Source: Azolla caroliniana (lineage: Eukaryota > Plantae > Polypodiophyta). Taken from it: DNA of 64,000 nt. The notes below the pieces were generated by a model. It did no database searches and was not told the origin of the DNA. It worked only from the letters and a program-made list of their open reading frames with translations. Shown piece by piece: positions 49,642 through 63,500 of this stretch. Position 1 is the stretch's first letter; each line of letters begins with the position of its first letter. Where the stretch lies: assembly GCA_043228905.1 (NCBI GenBank), contig JBHGNT010000011.1:1364001-1428000 (forward strand). Direction: 5' to 3'. The position numbers and the translations under genes are program-made.

Positions 49642-52180
49642 AGATGGTTGAGGATATGTTACAAATGACAAAGATACAACATGGTGCCACACTAGAATGC
49701 AAATGGGAAGCTTTCAAGAAAGTCATTCTCTCATGTACAAACAAATGTTTTTCGACCAATCGCACATCTTGGAAATGCACCAAGAAACTTAGGAAAAAAT
49801 GGTTTGATAAAGAATGTCATGAAGCTCGAAAGTGCCTTATGGTTTTGGATATAGTTAAGGATAAAGAGAATTACCAAAATCATTTGCATGAGTATAAAAG
49901 GCTTATTCAAAGAAAGAGAAGAATATGGGAAGTTACTCAACAACTTATCCAAACGCAAGAGAAAGCACATGCATGTGCTAAATTTTGGGGAAATCTAAAG
50001 GGAAAACGTGTTGAGAGTTATGGTGACTTAACTCTTCACGACTTGTCTATGCATTGTAAGAATTTATATGAGTTATCTCTTGCCGGAAAGATGATGTGTT
50101 ATGGTTCTCTTTCACATATGCCTCCCTTCTTTACAATTGAAGATATATGCATAGGACTTAAGAAATTGGCCTCTCGAAAGGCAAGCGATCTTCAATGTAT
50201 AAAGGCTGAAATGCTCAAATGGACGGGAAAGGAAGCACATATATGGATAAGCGATATGTTTAATGATGCATTGCAACATGGTATGGCGTACGATTGGACT
50301 ACAAATTGGATCAAACCTTTACATAAAGGTGGAGATATAAATAATGTAAACAACTATCGAACCATCATGGTTGGCTCATTAATGGCAAAACTATTTGGAT
50401 GTATAATGGAATCAAAGATAAGTGTATGGGCTGAAAAAAGTGGTAAGAGAGCTTATGGACAAGCTGGCTTTCGGAAACACCATAGCACCATTGATCACCT
50501 TATCACCCTTCGAGTATTAACGGAGGAAAGTCGCCTTAGAGGTAAAGGTTTATATTGTTGCTTTGTAGACTTCAAGAAAGCTTTTGATATGGTACATCGT
50601 GAGCATCTTTGGAGGTGAATGGAAGAACTTGAGGTGCCAAGTGAATATATGCTTGCAATTTCCCGAATTTATGAGAAGGTTATATGTTGTGTGCGCATGA
50701 GAGATAAACTTTCAGATTTTTTCAAAAGCACTATTGGTGTTAAGCAAGGATGCCCACTCTCACCAACACTATTTGTTCTATGCATTGATGAATTGGAAGA
50801 AATGGTTACCAAGTTTGCAAAGGAAGAATGTGTTGAAGAAGTTGCCATTGGGAATGTTGTGATTATGCTTTTGCTATATGCAGATGATGTAGGGCTTTTT
50901 GCAAATACTTTAGGAGATGCACAAAAGCTTATGAAGGCATTGGAAAAAATTTGCATGCATACTAAATTAAGTGTCAATAGCTCTAAAACAAAGATTATGC
51001 TTGTGAAGAGCCAAAAAAGAGATAAACCATGCATTATGTACAACAATGAGCCACTTGAATGTGTGGAAAGCTTCAAATATCTTGGCATTGAAGTTCCTTC
51101 AAATCATAGATGGAATGAATGTGCTACACGCCGCTTAGAGGCGGGCAAGCAGGCAAGCGAGCATACTATGCATTTGAGAACACATGCAATCTTGGAGATA
51201 TTAAGTGTTGGGTCCTCAAGAAATATCTTTTCGACACTTTGGTGACACCGGTTCTTCTCTATGGGGTGGAAGTATGGGGCGGTAGCATCCCTAAATCTAT
51301 GTGGAAAGAGTTTGAAAATGTCCAAAAGCATTTTCTTACCAAGTTTCTACAAGTTAAGAAACAAACGCCCTACAGCCTCCTCCTCCTTGAGACGGGATCG
51401 CTTCCCATTGAGATCATGGCCATGGAAAGGGTTGTTGAATACATGCTTAAGGTTCAAAAAAGTCCCTCACATCGACTTCCTAGAATTGCGTGGGAAGCAA
51501 GCAAAAAGATCCAAAAGACGCATAAAAGCAAAATTTTGTGTTCCGGTTGGATGCAAGATATAGAAAAATGGTTTGGTAGATGGGATGCGAGACACTTGCT
51601 TCATGATGCATCATTAGATTCCTCTGTAAATGAGGCATTTTTGCAACGCCAATGTATCATGACATGGGACAAATGTGGAGGCTCACGCTTCACACATTAT
51701 ACTACACATGTTGCACCTAACTACAAAACCATATTCTTCGCGGAACGGGGAAATCGTACACATCCATACATGTTAGAGCCCATACCGTTATCTTCTATTC
51801 GAACCATTGCTTCCATGCGACTTAGCTCACATGCATTGCGATGTGAAACAGGGCGTTGGGGTACAAGTGATGAGAGTGGTCGGTTATGCGCACTTTGCCC
51901 TAAACAAGTTCGCGAGTCTGAGTATCACACTTTGATACAATGCTCTGCCTTTGATCATATTCGACCATGCTTTACACATCTCTTCGATCGAGCCCAATCT
52001 TTGCATGAATTCCTCTCACAACCACAATGTGCACTCTCGATTGCAACATTCATTGGTAAAGTTCTTGAACATCGAGAGTCACTACTCACTTTCACACATA
52101 TCACGTGAAATGTAATATTTTTGGTCTCATAGGTCATATTTGACCTCCGAAGACGATAATATAATCTATCTATCTATCTA
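49641..52180 (+). mobile_element. 5'-truncated non-LTR retrotransposon (RTEX-like LINE) inserted in a (CT)n tract
   Basis: RT motifs QAGFR, FVDFKKAFD, GVKQGCPLSP, LLYADD and FKYLG; C-terminal RLSSHALRCETGRW...CALCPKQVRESEYHTLIQC; (TCTA)n tail. One stop (50616-50618) and one frameshift (~51150). Confidence 0.9.
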
Positions 52181-55100
52181 TCTCTCTCTCTCTCTTGATA
52201 CCTTCTATTGTCATCGTATCTTTTTCTCTCCTATTCTCAAGTCTCGACAGTTTGAACTGAATCTCTTTCTTTTCTTCTTCTCCAACTTTTTCTTCTCATC
52301 TTAACCTTATTCAAGAAAATCTAGCAATTTTCTCTCGCAACTATGGAGTCCGTCAGTAAGCAAGAATATATGTGTGTTCTCTCCGAGCTCGACATGCTAA
52401 CAACCAAATTCGTGGCACTGGAGCATGAAAATCAAATATTGTTGGGAGAGCTACAACAAGTGCTAAGAAAGTACAACAATATGAAGAATTATCTCAACAG
52501 GTGCATCAATTGGAGACTACTCTAATGCAACGAAAAGCAGCGGAAGTTCAAACCTCGCCGAAGGAACCCAAGATTAGTCTGCCAGCCAAGTTTGATGGTA
52601 TAAGGTCTCAATTTCATGGATTTTTTAATCAGGTACGGCTTGTGATTAAATTGCATCCTAGTTGTTACCCAATTGATGTTGCTCGTGTGGGACTAGTTGG
52701 TACCTTGTTAACGAGTACCGCATTAGCGTGGTTTGCACCACTCCTAGAGAAGCACTCACCATTATTAGAAGATTTTGAAGGGTTTATTAATGAGTTCCAA
52801 GCCAACTTTGGAGACACTGATAGTATGAGGACCGCAATAAAGAAAATTCGGCGATTACAAGGAGATCGCCCTGCTTCCGCTTATGCTGCAGATTTTCCCC
52901 TTCTAGCATCTGATATTCCATGGGATGAGGCGGCATTAATGGACCAATTTCGTCAAGGTCTGTGCAGTGATGTGAAAGATTTACTTCTTACCTTCCACGA
53001 TGATCCAAAATCTCTTACTGAAGCAGTAAGTCGGGCCGTGTGATGTGACAATTGCTTATTTGAGCGGCGTTATGAGCGCCAACAAATGTTACGCTTCCGA
53101 CCAACAGAAACATATGCTTCGGTGGTCGCAACTCCACCCCAAGTATCAAAGTCAAGTGTGGTGGAAGGCCCTACTCCAATGGAAATTGAGACAACACGAC
53201 GCCCCATAGCATCAGGTGATATAGTTGAAGAGTCTGAACCAATTCGTGTAGTCCTAGGCAATTTGGTTAGTGTCATCTCATTCAACATCATTAGTAGTCT
53301 AGAGCACTCCCTAGTTCTTGGTCTTCCATGGTTTGAGCTACATAACCCAACTATTGATTGGAGAAAAAGAACCATTGAAGAGGTCACAATACAGTCTGAG
53401 TCTCTTAAAACTCCAACAAAGGATATGACATTCCAAAAGATTTCGACAATCTCTATACATCAGTTACGTGAGGAAGGACGGAAGGAAGACATGTTGGTGT
53501 TTGCAATTTGAGCAACTCCCACATTGAGCTCACAAGAATCGGGGGTCCAACTACCAAAGAAATATATAGAATTCCCCGATGTGTGTGATAAGGTGAAGGC
53601 CAATAGACTACCAGGGCATCGACCATATGATTGCTCGATTGATTTGCAGCCCGGAAAAGAGCCTACATGGGGACCAATTTATAAACTTTCGCCCACGGAG
53701 TTAGAGGTTCTTCAGGAATATATTGATCAGAACTTAGCAAATGGGTTTATCTAGGATTCAAGATCTCTTGCCGGCGCACCCATATTTTTCGTTAAGAAGA
53801 AAGATGATTTGCTTCATCTAGTCGTGGATTGAATAAAGTCACTATTCGAAACCGATATGCTCTACCATTGATTTCTAGCCTTCTAGAACACCTCAGTGGA
53901 GCTAAGTATTTCACAAAGTTAGATCTTCGAGGTGCTTACAATCTTGTTCGAATTTGTCCTAGGGATGAATGGAAGACTGCTTTCCGTACTCGCTATGGTT
54001 ATTTTGAGTATACAGTAATGCCATTTGGTCTCACGAATGCACCAACAGTTTTCCAACATATGGCAAATGACATTTTTCGAGATTTCCACGATATTTTCGT
54101 CATAATTTACCTGGATGATATCTTGATCTACTCAAAAACTCAAGAGGATCATGATATACACGTTCGACAAGCTTTGGAATGGTTGCGTGAATATGGTCTC
54201 TATGCAAAATTGGAGAAGTGCAATTTCGACCAGCGTCAAGTGGAATTTTTGGGGTACATAGTCTCTTCACATGGCATCTCTATGGATCCAGCAAAGGTTC
54301 AAACAATTTTGGATTGGCAAACACCACAATTTGTGTGAGATGTACAATGTTTTTTAGGGTTCGCAAACTTTTATCGCAAGCTCATCAAAGATTATTCAAA
54401 GATCGTATTGCCCATCATTGAACTGACATAGAAGAATCCGCCATTTGGGTGGAGTATAAATGCAAACTTTGCATTTGAAGGATTAAAGCAAGCATTTACA
54501 TCCGCACCAATTTTGATGAATGTTGATCCATTGAAGCGCTTTATACTCGAAGTTGAGGCATCCGACTTCGCACTAGGAAGCGTGTTATCCCAAACTAGTA
54601 ATGATGGCCAACTGCACCTTGTGACTTTTCATTCACAGAAATTCGAAGTTGCAGAAATCAACTATGAGATTCATGACAAAGAGCTTCTTGCCATTGTGGA
54701 TTCTTTTCAACAATGGCATCATTTTTTGGAGGGTTCATCTCAACAAATCATTGTCTATAATGATCACAAAAATCTAACGTACTTCCAAAGTGCTCGAGTC
54801 TTGAATCGTCGACAAGCTCGTTGGGCGCAATTCTTAACTCATTTTGATTTCGTAATTCTATATCGCCCTAGGACACAACAAGAAAAAGAAAATGCTTTAT
54901 CTCAACGTTTGTATATGGAACTTCAACCACGAGAGGCCGCATTTGAAAGTCAGAAGCAAATCCTCTTGGGTCCTGACCGTCTACGACTAATGGCATTTCA
55001 TGCTATAGACACACCCGGGGATTGAAGTCTTCTGGGCTCCATTTCGGAGCATATTGAGACTGATGAGTTCGCCCAAGATATTCTGAACCATATTATCCTA

Positions 55101-56332
55101 GATTGTGCTTCTTGTTCACAATCTCAAAATCCTCGTCAAGACTACAACCAGTTCAATTGGCATGATGGTTTACTTTTTGGAAAAAATCTCTTATATGTGG
55201 TTGATGGTCCTTCTCGACTCCAAGTCTTGCAACAATGTCATGACACACCAATGGTTGGACATTTCGGCATCCACAAGACTTTGGCATTAATTTCTCGAAG
55301 GTATTAGTGGCCACGACTTCGCCATTTTGTTATGGATTATGTTCGTAGTTGTGATACATGTTGTTGATCCAAAAAACCTCGACATCATCCATATGGCTTA
55401 TTACAACCAATGCCTATTCCTGAGAGTCCATGGAAATCTATTTCATTGGACTTCATTACGGATCTACCACCTTCCAAGGGTTTTGATTCTATTCTCACGG
55501 TAGTAGATCGTTTTACGAAGATGGCACATTGTCTTCCGTGCACAAAGGCCATTACGAGCCAAGAGACAGCCGAGTTACTCATGCGAGAGGTGTTTCGGCA
55601 TCATGGTCTTCCTAGTGATATTATCAGTGATCGGGGTCCCCAATTCATCTCAAAATTTTGGCGGCACATGTTCAAACTCTTACATACTTCTTGCAAACTC
55701 TCTTCCGGCTACCATCGGGAAACTAACGGACAGAGTGAGTGCACCAACCAAACAGTATAATAATATCTTCATTGTTTTGTCAACTATCAATAAGATGATT
55801 GGGTTGATCTATTACATTTGGTGGAATTTGCTTACAACAACTAAGAACATTCTTCTACTGTATATTCCCCATTTTTTGCAAACATTGGGTACCATCCTCG
55901 TTGGACTATGCTTGAACATCCCGAACTCCCGACAAACCCGACTACTGAAGATCGGCTCACCCGACTTGAAGAAGTTCAAGATATCCTTTTGCACCATTTA
56001 TGTGATGCTCAAAACACTCAAAAGAAGGTTGCCAACCGTCATCGGCGTGATTCATTGACTATGTTTCAAGTGGGAGATCGAGTAGGGCTTTTACAAGGTT
56101 GCATTAAAACAGCCTGACCTTGCTGCAAATCGGATTATCAACGTTTTGTCCCATATGTGATATTTGGTATGATCAATGATGTGGCATTTCTCCTTGATCT
56201 CCCCCCTCATATGCATCTTCACCGAGTCTTCCATGTTTCACTTTTGGAGCCGTACACAACCAGCTCTATTCCAAGCCGTCTTACATCTCCCCTACCTCCA
56301 ATCGAAGTTTCTGATGGCTCCGAATATGAAGT

Positions 56333-57329
56333 TGTTAGCTGACAGGCAAGCAGAGTCCAGAATGGGAAACAATAATACACGGCGATTCGAGGCATAGTGA
56401 CGATGATATGTGAGAGACGTGCAAGAAATGATGAGTTGGGTTTGATATGTCGTTTGAACTCTATTCAGAGCCGTTGTAGCGCGCTTCGTTTCTACATGGT
56501 GCTGAACTTGCATGTCCAGTCTCTCTTTCACTGCTGCTGCCAGTTGTTTTGCTTGTTCGGCTCCCTTCGACTGCTCTTCCATCACTGCCGCCATCAACCG
56601 ATTAACCTCTTCCCGGAGTCCTCTGAACTTTTCCTGCTACCGGTCACTTTCGGTAGTCAATTTCTTATGATCAGCATCCAAATGCTTATAATCCCGGTGC
56701 AGACGGTCGAAGTCGTCGGTTTTCTGTTTGAGCTTTTGATTTATAAGCCGGCAAGCGCGGTCCTCATGGTCTTTTTGTTGCCGAAGGTCTTCTTTGAGGC
56801 ACTCAATCTCTACTTCCTCCGTCCCACTAGGCGTGCCATGTTGTGTTACCGTACGAGATGTATGGGTGATTGATAACTGTGATAAGTGAGGGTGAAAGAT
56901 ATAATGTGTTGATATGTATGTGTAATGTTATACGATTATGAGTGTGAATGTAAGTGTGAGTGTGGTGGATACAAAGACGTGTGACTGAGTGGTTAGGTGT
57001 GAATGCCCAAGGGGCTTACACCCTTGTGTATCTACCCTTTTGTACCTATTTAACCCCTTATGGGGAATGAATGAATACAATAACCATTTCTCTCTCTCTC
57101 TCTCTCTCTTTGACATCTTTCTCTCTCTCTTCCTTCTCCTTAACGTTGAACCCCCTTGGGAGGGGGGTGGGGCCATTTTAGGCACCACCCCCCACCCCAC
57201 AATGCTTCTCAACTTCCTCATGATCTCTCACCATCATACCATTCATCATCTCCATCATTACACCATGTCTATCTTCATCATCAATCATCATTATCATTCT
57301 CATTAACCCTAACCCTAAAACCTATAACA
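56333..57329. mobile_element. Solo LTR (997 bp) inserted in the chromodomain of the host Gypsy
   Basis: TGTTA...TAACA ends and perfect TSD GAAGT at 56328-56332 and 57330-57334. Confidence 0.85.
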
Positions 57330-59766
57330 GAAGTTGTTGTCATTCTTGACTCCAAGATCGTTCACAACAAACTGTATCATTTGGTTGACTGGTTAGGCTA
57401 TACACCTAATGATCAAACATGGAAATCTCTCGAGAATCTTGCTAATGGCTCTGAAATGGTTCCTGTGTTTCACAACCCATATCCCCATAAGCCAAGTTCG
57501 AAATATTGTATTCCGACTCGTAGAACTCGTCGTCAAAAAGGGGGGATAATGTCATGAAGACATACATTTTGGCCTTACAAGGATTCGAGCCCAAAACGTC
57601 TTGGTCTATATGTTAGACCTTTAACCATTATAATAACATATATGATGTATAGGTATAATAAATGTATTATTAGTTATTACAAGATATTTAGAGTATTCTA
57701 GAACATTCTAGAGTATTCTAGGATATTCCTTCATTATATTAAATATCATAAATATCTAAAATATTCTAGAAAATTCTAGAATACTCCATAAGGACCTATA
57801 AGTAGGTGTCTATTCATTCATCACAACTCATTCATTTCAACACCAATTTGTAGCCCCTTAGCCTACACTTTGTAATCCTTTCTCTCTTATAATATAAACT
57901 CTCTTTCCATTTCTAGTGTTGTCTCTCTCTCTCTCTCTCTCTACCTTCTATTGTCATCTTATCTTTTTCTCTCCTATCCTCAAGTCTCGACATCGAGGCA
58001 TTGCTCCTTGTTCGAACATGATTTTCTTCGACCAACAACATGGATTGAAGATTGAAGAAGGAGGGTGGATTCTCTCGTGCTAGTACGACAGTCCGCATCG
58101 CGCCAAACTGTGGTGCAAGGCCGTCGAGGAATATTTGCACCATTTCGTCATCCTCAACATTAACGCTTATCGAGCTGAGTGCATCACAAAGCTCCTTGAT
58201 CTTGTGATGGACATATCTCGTTGTTGGATGTTGTTCAACTCTTGGTGGAGTTGAAGCTTTCTCGTGGTTGTGTTGACGGTGAAAATCTTTCGTAGATTCT
58301 TCCACGCTTCCTTTGGCGTTCGGATTCTTGAATGTAGCCGAGCATGTGGTCGTGAACACATGACGCCACGTAATACATCACTCGGCTTGATCCTTGCTCC
58401 CAAGTTGCATAGTCGGCGTCTTTCGGGTCGGGTCGGTTTTCTTATGCTCCCTTGATGTAACCCCAATAGCCTTGGCAGACAAGGTATTGGTGCATCTTGT
58501 ACTCCCAAGATGCGAAGTTGTTCCGATCCAACTTCTCTCTAGGGAGAGTGCTCCCAATTTGAGTATTCATTGTTGATTAAGCTTCCTTTCTTCTTTTCCT
58601 TCTCTCTCGAACACGAGCTATGTAGTGGTACTACGATAGCGATGAACCGGTTCTTGTCGAACGTTGGTGTAGAATTCAACACACGTGGATGGGCTAGATC
58701 GAGCTACCAAACTACTCTGATACCATGTAAAGAATCGATGGTGATTCTTGTGCAACAGAATAGATATGTGTGTTATGTGTGTGTGTGTGTGAGAGAGAGA
58801 GAGATAGAAAGAAATAGAGGAGAGAAGAGAACACGAGATAGAGAAGCAAGAGAAATAATGAAGACTCAAGAAGCAGAAGATGTATATTTCACAAGTAGAA
58901 TGGAGATACAAAATTGTAGCATTACAAGGAGTCACAACCGACTTAGTATGAAGTAGGAGGAGGGTGCTTTATATAAGGTCACCCTCTCTCTTCATTAACT
59001 CATTACAACTTCCACTCTCTCCCTAGAGCCTTGAGGAATGTGAAGACTCATAGTCATGGGGAATTTGGAACTTATTAGTTATGTGTCATAGAATATGATT
59101 CTATGACACATAGTTTAATGTTAGAGAGTGATATGACTCTTGACCTTTGAGTGCAGATAGATTCTCAAAGGTGTGTTCACACGTTGCACTATGTTGAGCC
59201 TGATTCTCAACACTACTCAATGTTGGCTAGTGGCCAGAGTATGAAAAGTAGTCAGCGGGAGAGCCACTTTCATAATTATTAAAAATTAGTATTTAAGGAT
59301 AATAGGAATGGGCGGATCCGGAAAGGATGTACCGATCCGAATCCGGACCGGTTCATAGCTGGTTGTCGATTTGGCACCGTTTTGTAAACAAAACTGGATA
59401 CCTATAAAAGGATCCGAAGAATGATGTATAAGGGAGCAGAATTAATTTAAGAGAGTTTTGTTACCATTGTGTATTCGTCAAAACCGTATTGTGCATATTG
59501 TCTTTATCTTACGCGTGTGATCAACCATCTGTGATTGTCTATTCAGAATCGATCCAGAAGTGTTGGTTACAATCTAAACGAAGTCGGAGCCTTACCCTGT
59601 AACCACGCCTTTGGTGAGGTGATCCAGAAGGACACCCTGTGTTAGCGGCTGGTCCAACCCAAGAGTCACATAATTTTGGGAACCATGATTCCTGCGGAGC
59701 GTAGTGAACATCGGTTTATGGATGACTAGACTGACAAACGACCCAGTAGCCGAACAAGCGAGACGG

Positions 59767-60485
59767 TGTCGTGAAGATTTTCGTCCACGAGCAGAAACCT
59801 AAGCAACGAGAGCCAAAGAGCGATGTGCAACGTTGCACACGTACATAATGTATTTGTAATAATAATAGGGGTAAAGGGTATGGTGCTAGAAATGCCCATA
59901 AGATCGCTAAGGTATAAAGGTGATGTGGTCTTGTGCGCACATCCACGCGAGAGAGAGAGAGAGAGGTACTATGCGGTACATAGGTACCTAGTTGTTTGTG
60001 AGGAGGTGGGAGTAAAGGGGCCATCAATCTCACCCTCCCCAAATCAAGGCAAATATCCCCTTTGAATGAAAGGGGATATTTTAGTCTCACTTTGTAAACG
60101 ATCTTCCCTCTTTGTGCTATAAAAGGAGAGAGAAGGCACCATTGTAAGGGTTGCCTATTTTGAGTGTGCGAGGTATACCACATAGGTCAAGCGTTAGGGT
60201 TAGCGTTAGGGTTTCTTGTCTTTTTCTTCATCTTCATCGGTTAGGGTTTCGAGTAGTCGTTTGGTGCGGGCTACGCGGCCACCATTTTGTAATCGTTTAT
60301 TTCGTTTTAATACATCTTGTTGATCATCTTGTCTCCATCTTCCTCTTGTTCGATTTTATCTCTTGTTCATTCTTCTTCTTCTTGAGCAAACCTTCCATTC
60401 CATGTTCGATTCCTTCTCCTCTACTCCTTAGTCCAAGACCCCCGTGGTCCCACCCTTCTCCACGCACGCGCGTAGCAACGTGACA
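59767..60485 (+). mobile_element. Solo LTR of the TGTCGTGAAG (4-bp TSD) Gypsy group
   Basis: Starts TGTCGTGAAGA like 26155, ends GTGACA, has TATAAAAGG and a perfect 4-bp TSD ACGG. Confidence 0.85.
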
Positions 60486-60599
60486 ACGGCTAGCCGAGAG
60501 ACTGCAAAGGCGGGAGGCCTACTAGTAGGCCACCGAGGAGATCTGATGAGACCGGTCTTTTCCCAGAATGATTTGGCGGTAGCCTGAGCAACTTACGGC

Positions 60600-63500
60600 A
60601 GGTAGAATTGATACTACACAATCTCACCACAAGAACCAGAGAATCGGAAGCCTTCTCCAACTTTGAGTCGGAATCGGACAGCGAGCATAGCGTGCAATCG
60701 AACTATCGAAGCAATCATGACACCCCAGACAATCCGGTGGACGACAATTCAGAGCACACACCACCACCGGAAGCAGACACAACATTACCCACACCTCCGG
60801 ACCACGAAGCAAACCAATACCAGCGGTCAGAGGAAAACGCCGAGAGCATATCCACACCACCATTGAACCAGCAATCCAAGAACACAAACGATAGCGTACC
60901 AATGCCACCACTGAACATGGCGGTGGAAAAAGAAGAGGCGGTACTACTTTTTGCCGACGACACCATGCCATACCCATACGCAAAGTACCGGGATGAACCG
61001 GATGTGGAAGCACACGTGTACGCTTTTCTACAAACATGGGAAGCGAACCATGTCTTGCACTGGTTTACAGAAGCAGAGGTCGAATGATCAAAGATAGAAG
61101 AATTCTGGATGACATTGGAGGTATCAGCGGTAGAGTGGCACAAGAAGCACCTTCCTGGGAGCTTTGCCAAATTCGAAGTTTTGTAGGGTAAGTTCCTGCA
61201 ATTGTTTCACCGAAAGGTAGAGGAAAGAGAGCTAGTTGGCCAGTTCTATACGGTCTACTAGGAATTCGATGAGACAGTCTCGGAATTTGTGATCCGCTTT
61301 TAGACCCTGCACAGTGAACTGACAAGGGCACCTCCGGAACACGAGGCAAAAGCAGTCTTTCTGGCCATACTTCGGGAATTGCTACGAACAATGCTGACAG
61401 TATTCGACTTCCAGAGAAGCACCATGGACGAAGTCCTCGACCGGGTGCTAGAAATGGATAGGGCTCAACAGAACAATCACATGGCGATGGGAGCTTTACA
61501 ACGAGCGCTACCCAAGGAAGAGGACTTATGGTTTTGACAATCAGTCCAATGTACAACGTGCCTCAATCCTGGTCACTTGACGTTAGAATGCATGATGTGG
61601 ACACAGTGCATGTTGTGCCACTCCCGGTCCCATATGATGGACCGGTGCGAGTACAACCTGCTCAACAGGCAAGCGGCACTGGTCCAACACATAGAGCCCT
61701 TGAGTGAACAACAACCAAAAGAGGGACGGTTCAAGACGGAAGATCGATATCGACCGGAACAAAGGGACCGGTACGACGATAGAAGAAAAGAGGATTACGA
61801 CGAAGAATGCAACTACCGGAGCGGAGGAGACTACAATCGAGAGCGTTACGATTGCAACTAGTCCCCAGATTATGACCGTAGAAGAGACGACGGACGATAC
61901 CCCGATCAAGATAGACAGTACCCGGAACGTCAAGGGAACCGGAACCGTCGTCACCACAACCGGAAGGGAAAGAATCACCGAGAGGAACGTTGGGAACCGG
62001 CCAGGGAATACCAAAGGGAGACGAATATAGAAATGGTCATCCCAGTTCCACAACCGCAGTAACGAAGGCTGGACGAAACCAACCGGATGAATTCCATAAG
62101 TAAGCAAGGAATGATGGAGAAAGGAGAATCAAGTAGTAACCATAGGACGGACACTATAGCAGCAAGTGTCCGACTAAGACAAATGAAAAGCAGCCCAAAA
62201 GTTACCGACGTGCAACAAGTCACAACCAGATCGAAGGCCAAAACTACAGAGTGGGAGACTCAAGAGACCATCCAGAAACAAGCCACTGAATGGGTACAGA
62301 AGGCCAATGGAGGGAACGTGGCTGACTTGCATGAGTAAATCAAACCCTTGGAACCAGTAGAGACCACGAACAAGGACCCGACATGGCAAGCGTTACAAGA
62401 ATGTTAAATTATTCTACCACTAACTGCCTAGCCAATATGACAATCATCAAATCCAGAGAAATACCCGAAACAGTGGTAGACGGCGGATCTAGTGTGAACG
62501 CGATTAGTCAACACTTATGTGATATCCTAGGTATCTGGGAATGGGAACCATGCCCATTTTGGTTACGGATGGCAGATACAAGTTCGGTCCGGCCAACTGG
62601 ACTAATCCAAGAATTGGAAATTACAATCGGAGGACATGCATTCCGGATATCCGCAATGGTCCTGCAACAAAACGCACAAGGGGCATATCCCTTGCTGTTA
62701 GGATGACCATGGCTACGGATAGCACATATCAAGCAAAATTGGCAGAAAAATATCATTACCTTCCGAAGGGGCAAGACAAAAGTATGTGTACCAACACAAT
62801 CGCGCACAAGCACACGTAAGGAGTTAACGCCCTTGTATGCCGAAAGCATTAATATGCTGGAGGGACTAGTAGAGGAGGTGGTGGACCGGTACCTTGATGA
62901 GCATCCAAAGATAGTGCCACTATTCAAAGTAGACGTTGCCCCGTATATAGTGCACCCAGAAGAAGTCGGGGACGAGCCAGATCGGGAGGCAATCCGGGAA
63001 CTATGGCAGGCACAGGAATCCTTGGAACGGGAAATGGCGGTCTCACAACAAGTGAAGGCATCCCACTTAGAGGAGGTAAACCTTGGGACCGGTGAACCAT
63101 AGAAACTAGTAAATGTTGCAAAAGAAATGCCATCGGCGGAAAATTTGGCAATGACGGAATTACTTAAAGAGTTTTGAGATGTATTTGCGTGGTCATATGA
63201 AGACATGCGAGGATTAGAACCCCAATTGTACCACCATCAAATCCATCTCAGCAAGGATGCAAAGCCGGTAGCCCAGCAACAATACCAGATGAATCTGAAG
63301 TATGCGGTGAAATTGAAAGAAGAAATTGAAAAGCTACTCAGCGGTTTTATCCGACCGGTGAAACAAGCAATATGGCTAAGCCCGATCATGGTTGTACCGA
63401 AGAAAAATAGAAAGATACGGGTTTGTGTCGACTACCGGAAGTTAAATGCGGCTACGGTGACCGATGGGTTTCCCTTACCATTTATGGATGGGGTCTTAGA

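Larger units (their letters stand above)
49319..57992 (+). mobile_element. Degenerate Tcn1-like chromovirus (Ty3/Gypsy)
   Basis: LTRs at 49319-52249 (split by a LINE) and 57550-57992, TSD CCGAG/TCGAG, PPT AAAAGGGGGGATAA. Gag EPKISLPAKFDG, RT IIYLDDILIY, IN WKSISLDFITDLP, chromodomain EYEV|VVILDSK...LVDWLGY...TW. Confidence 0.92.
25654..59212 (-). mobile_element. Ty1/Copia retrotransposon expanded to 33.5 kb by nested insertions
   Basis: LTRs at 25654-26131 and 58726-59212, TSD CTAAT/CTACT, iMet PBS at 58715-58725. Gag at 57993-58560, gag/PR (WFVDSSASNHMT) at 48624-49318, IN at 41800-43347, RT-RH (HQMDVKNAFLQG, MADIFTKAL) at 39680-41128. Confidence 0.92.

Noticed and set aside
59221-60600. 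5' LTR and PBS of the last Gypsy element
   Set aside because: It starts with TGTTG and has a TATA-like motif, but no second LTR or convincing PBS lies in the window, so the boundaries cannot be supported.
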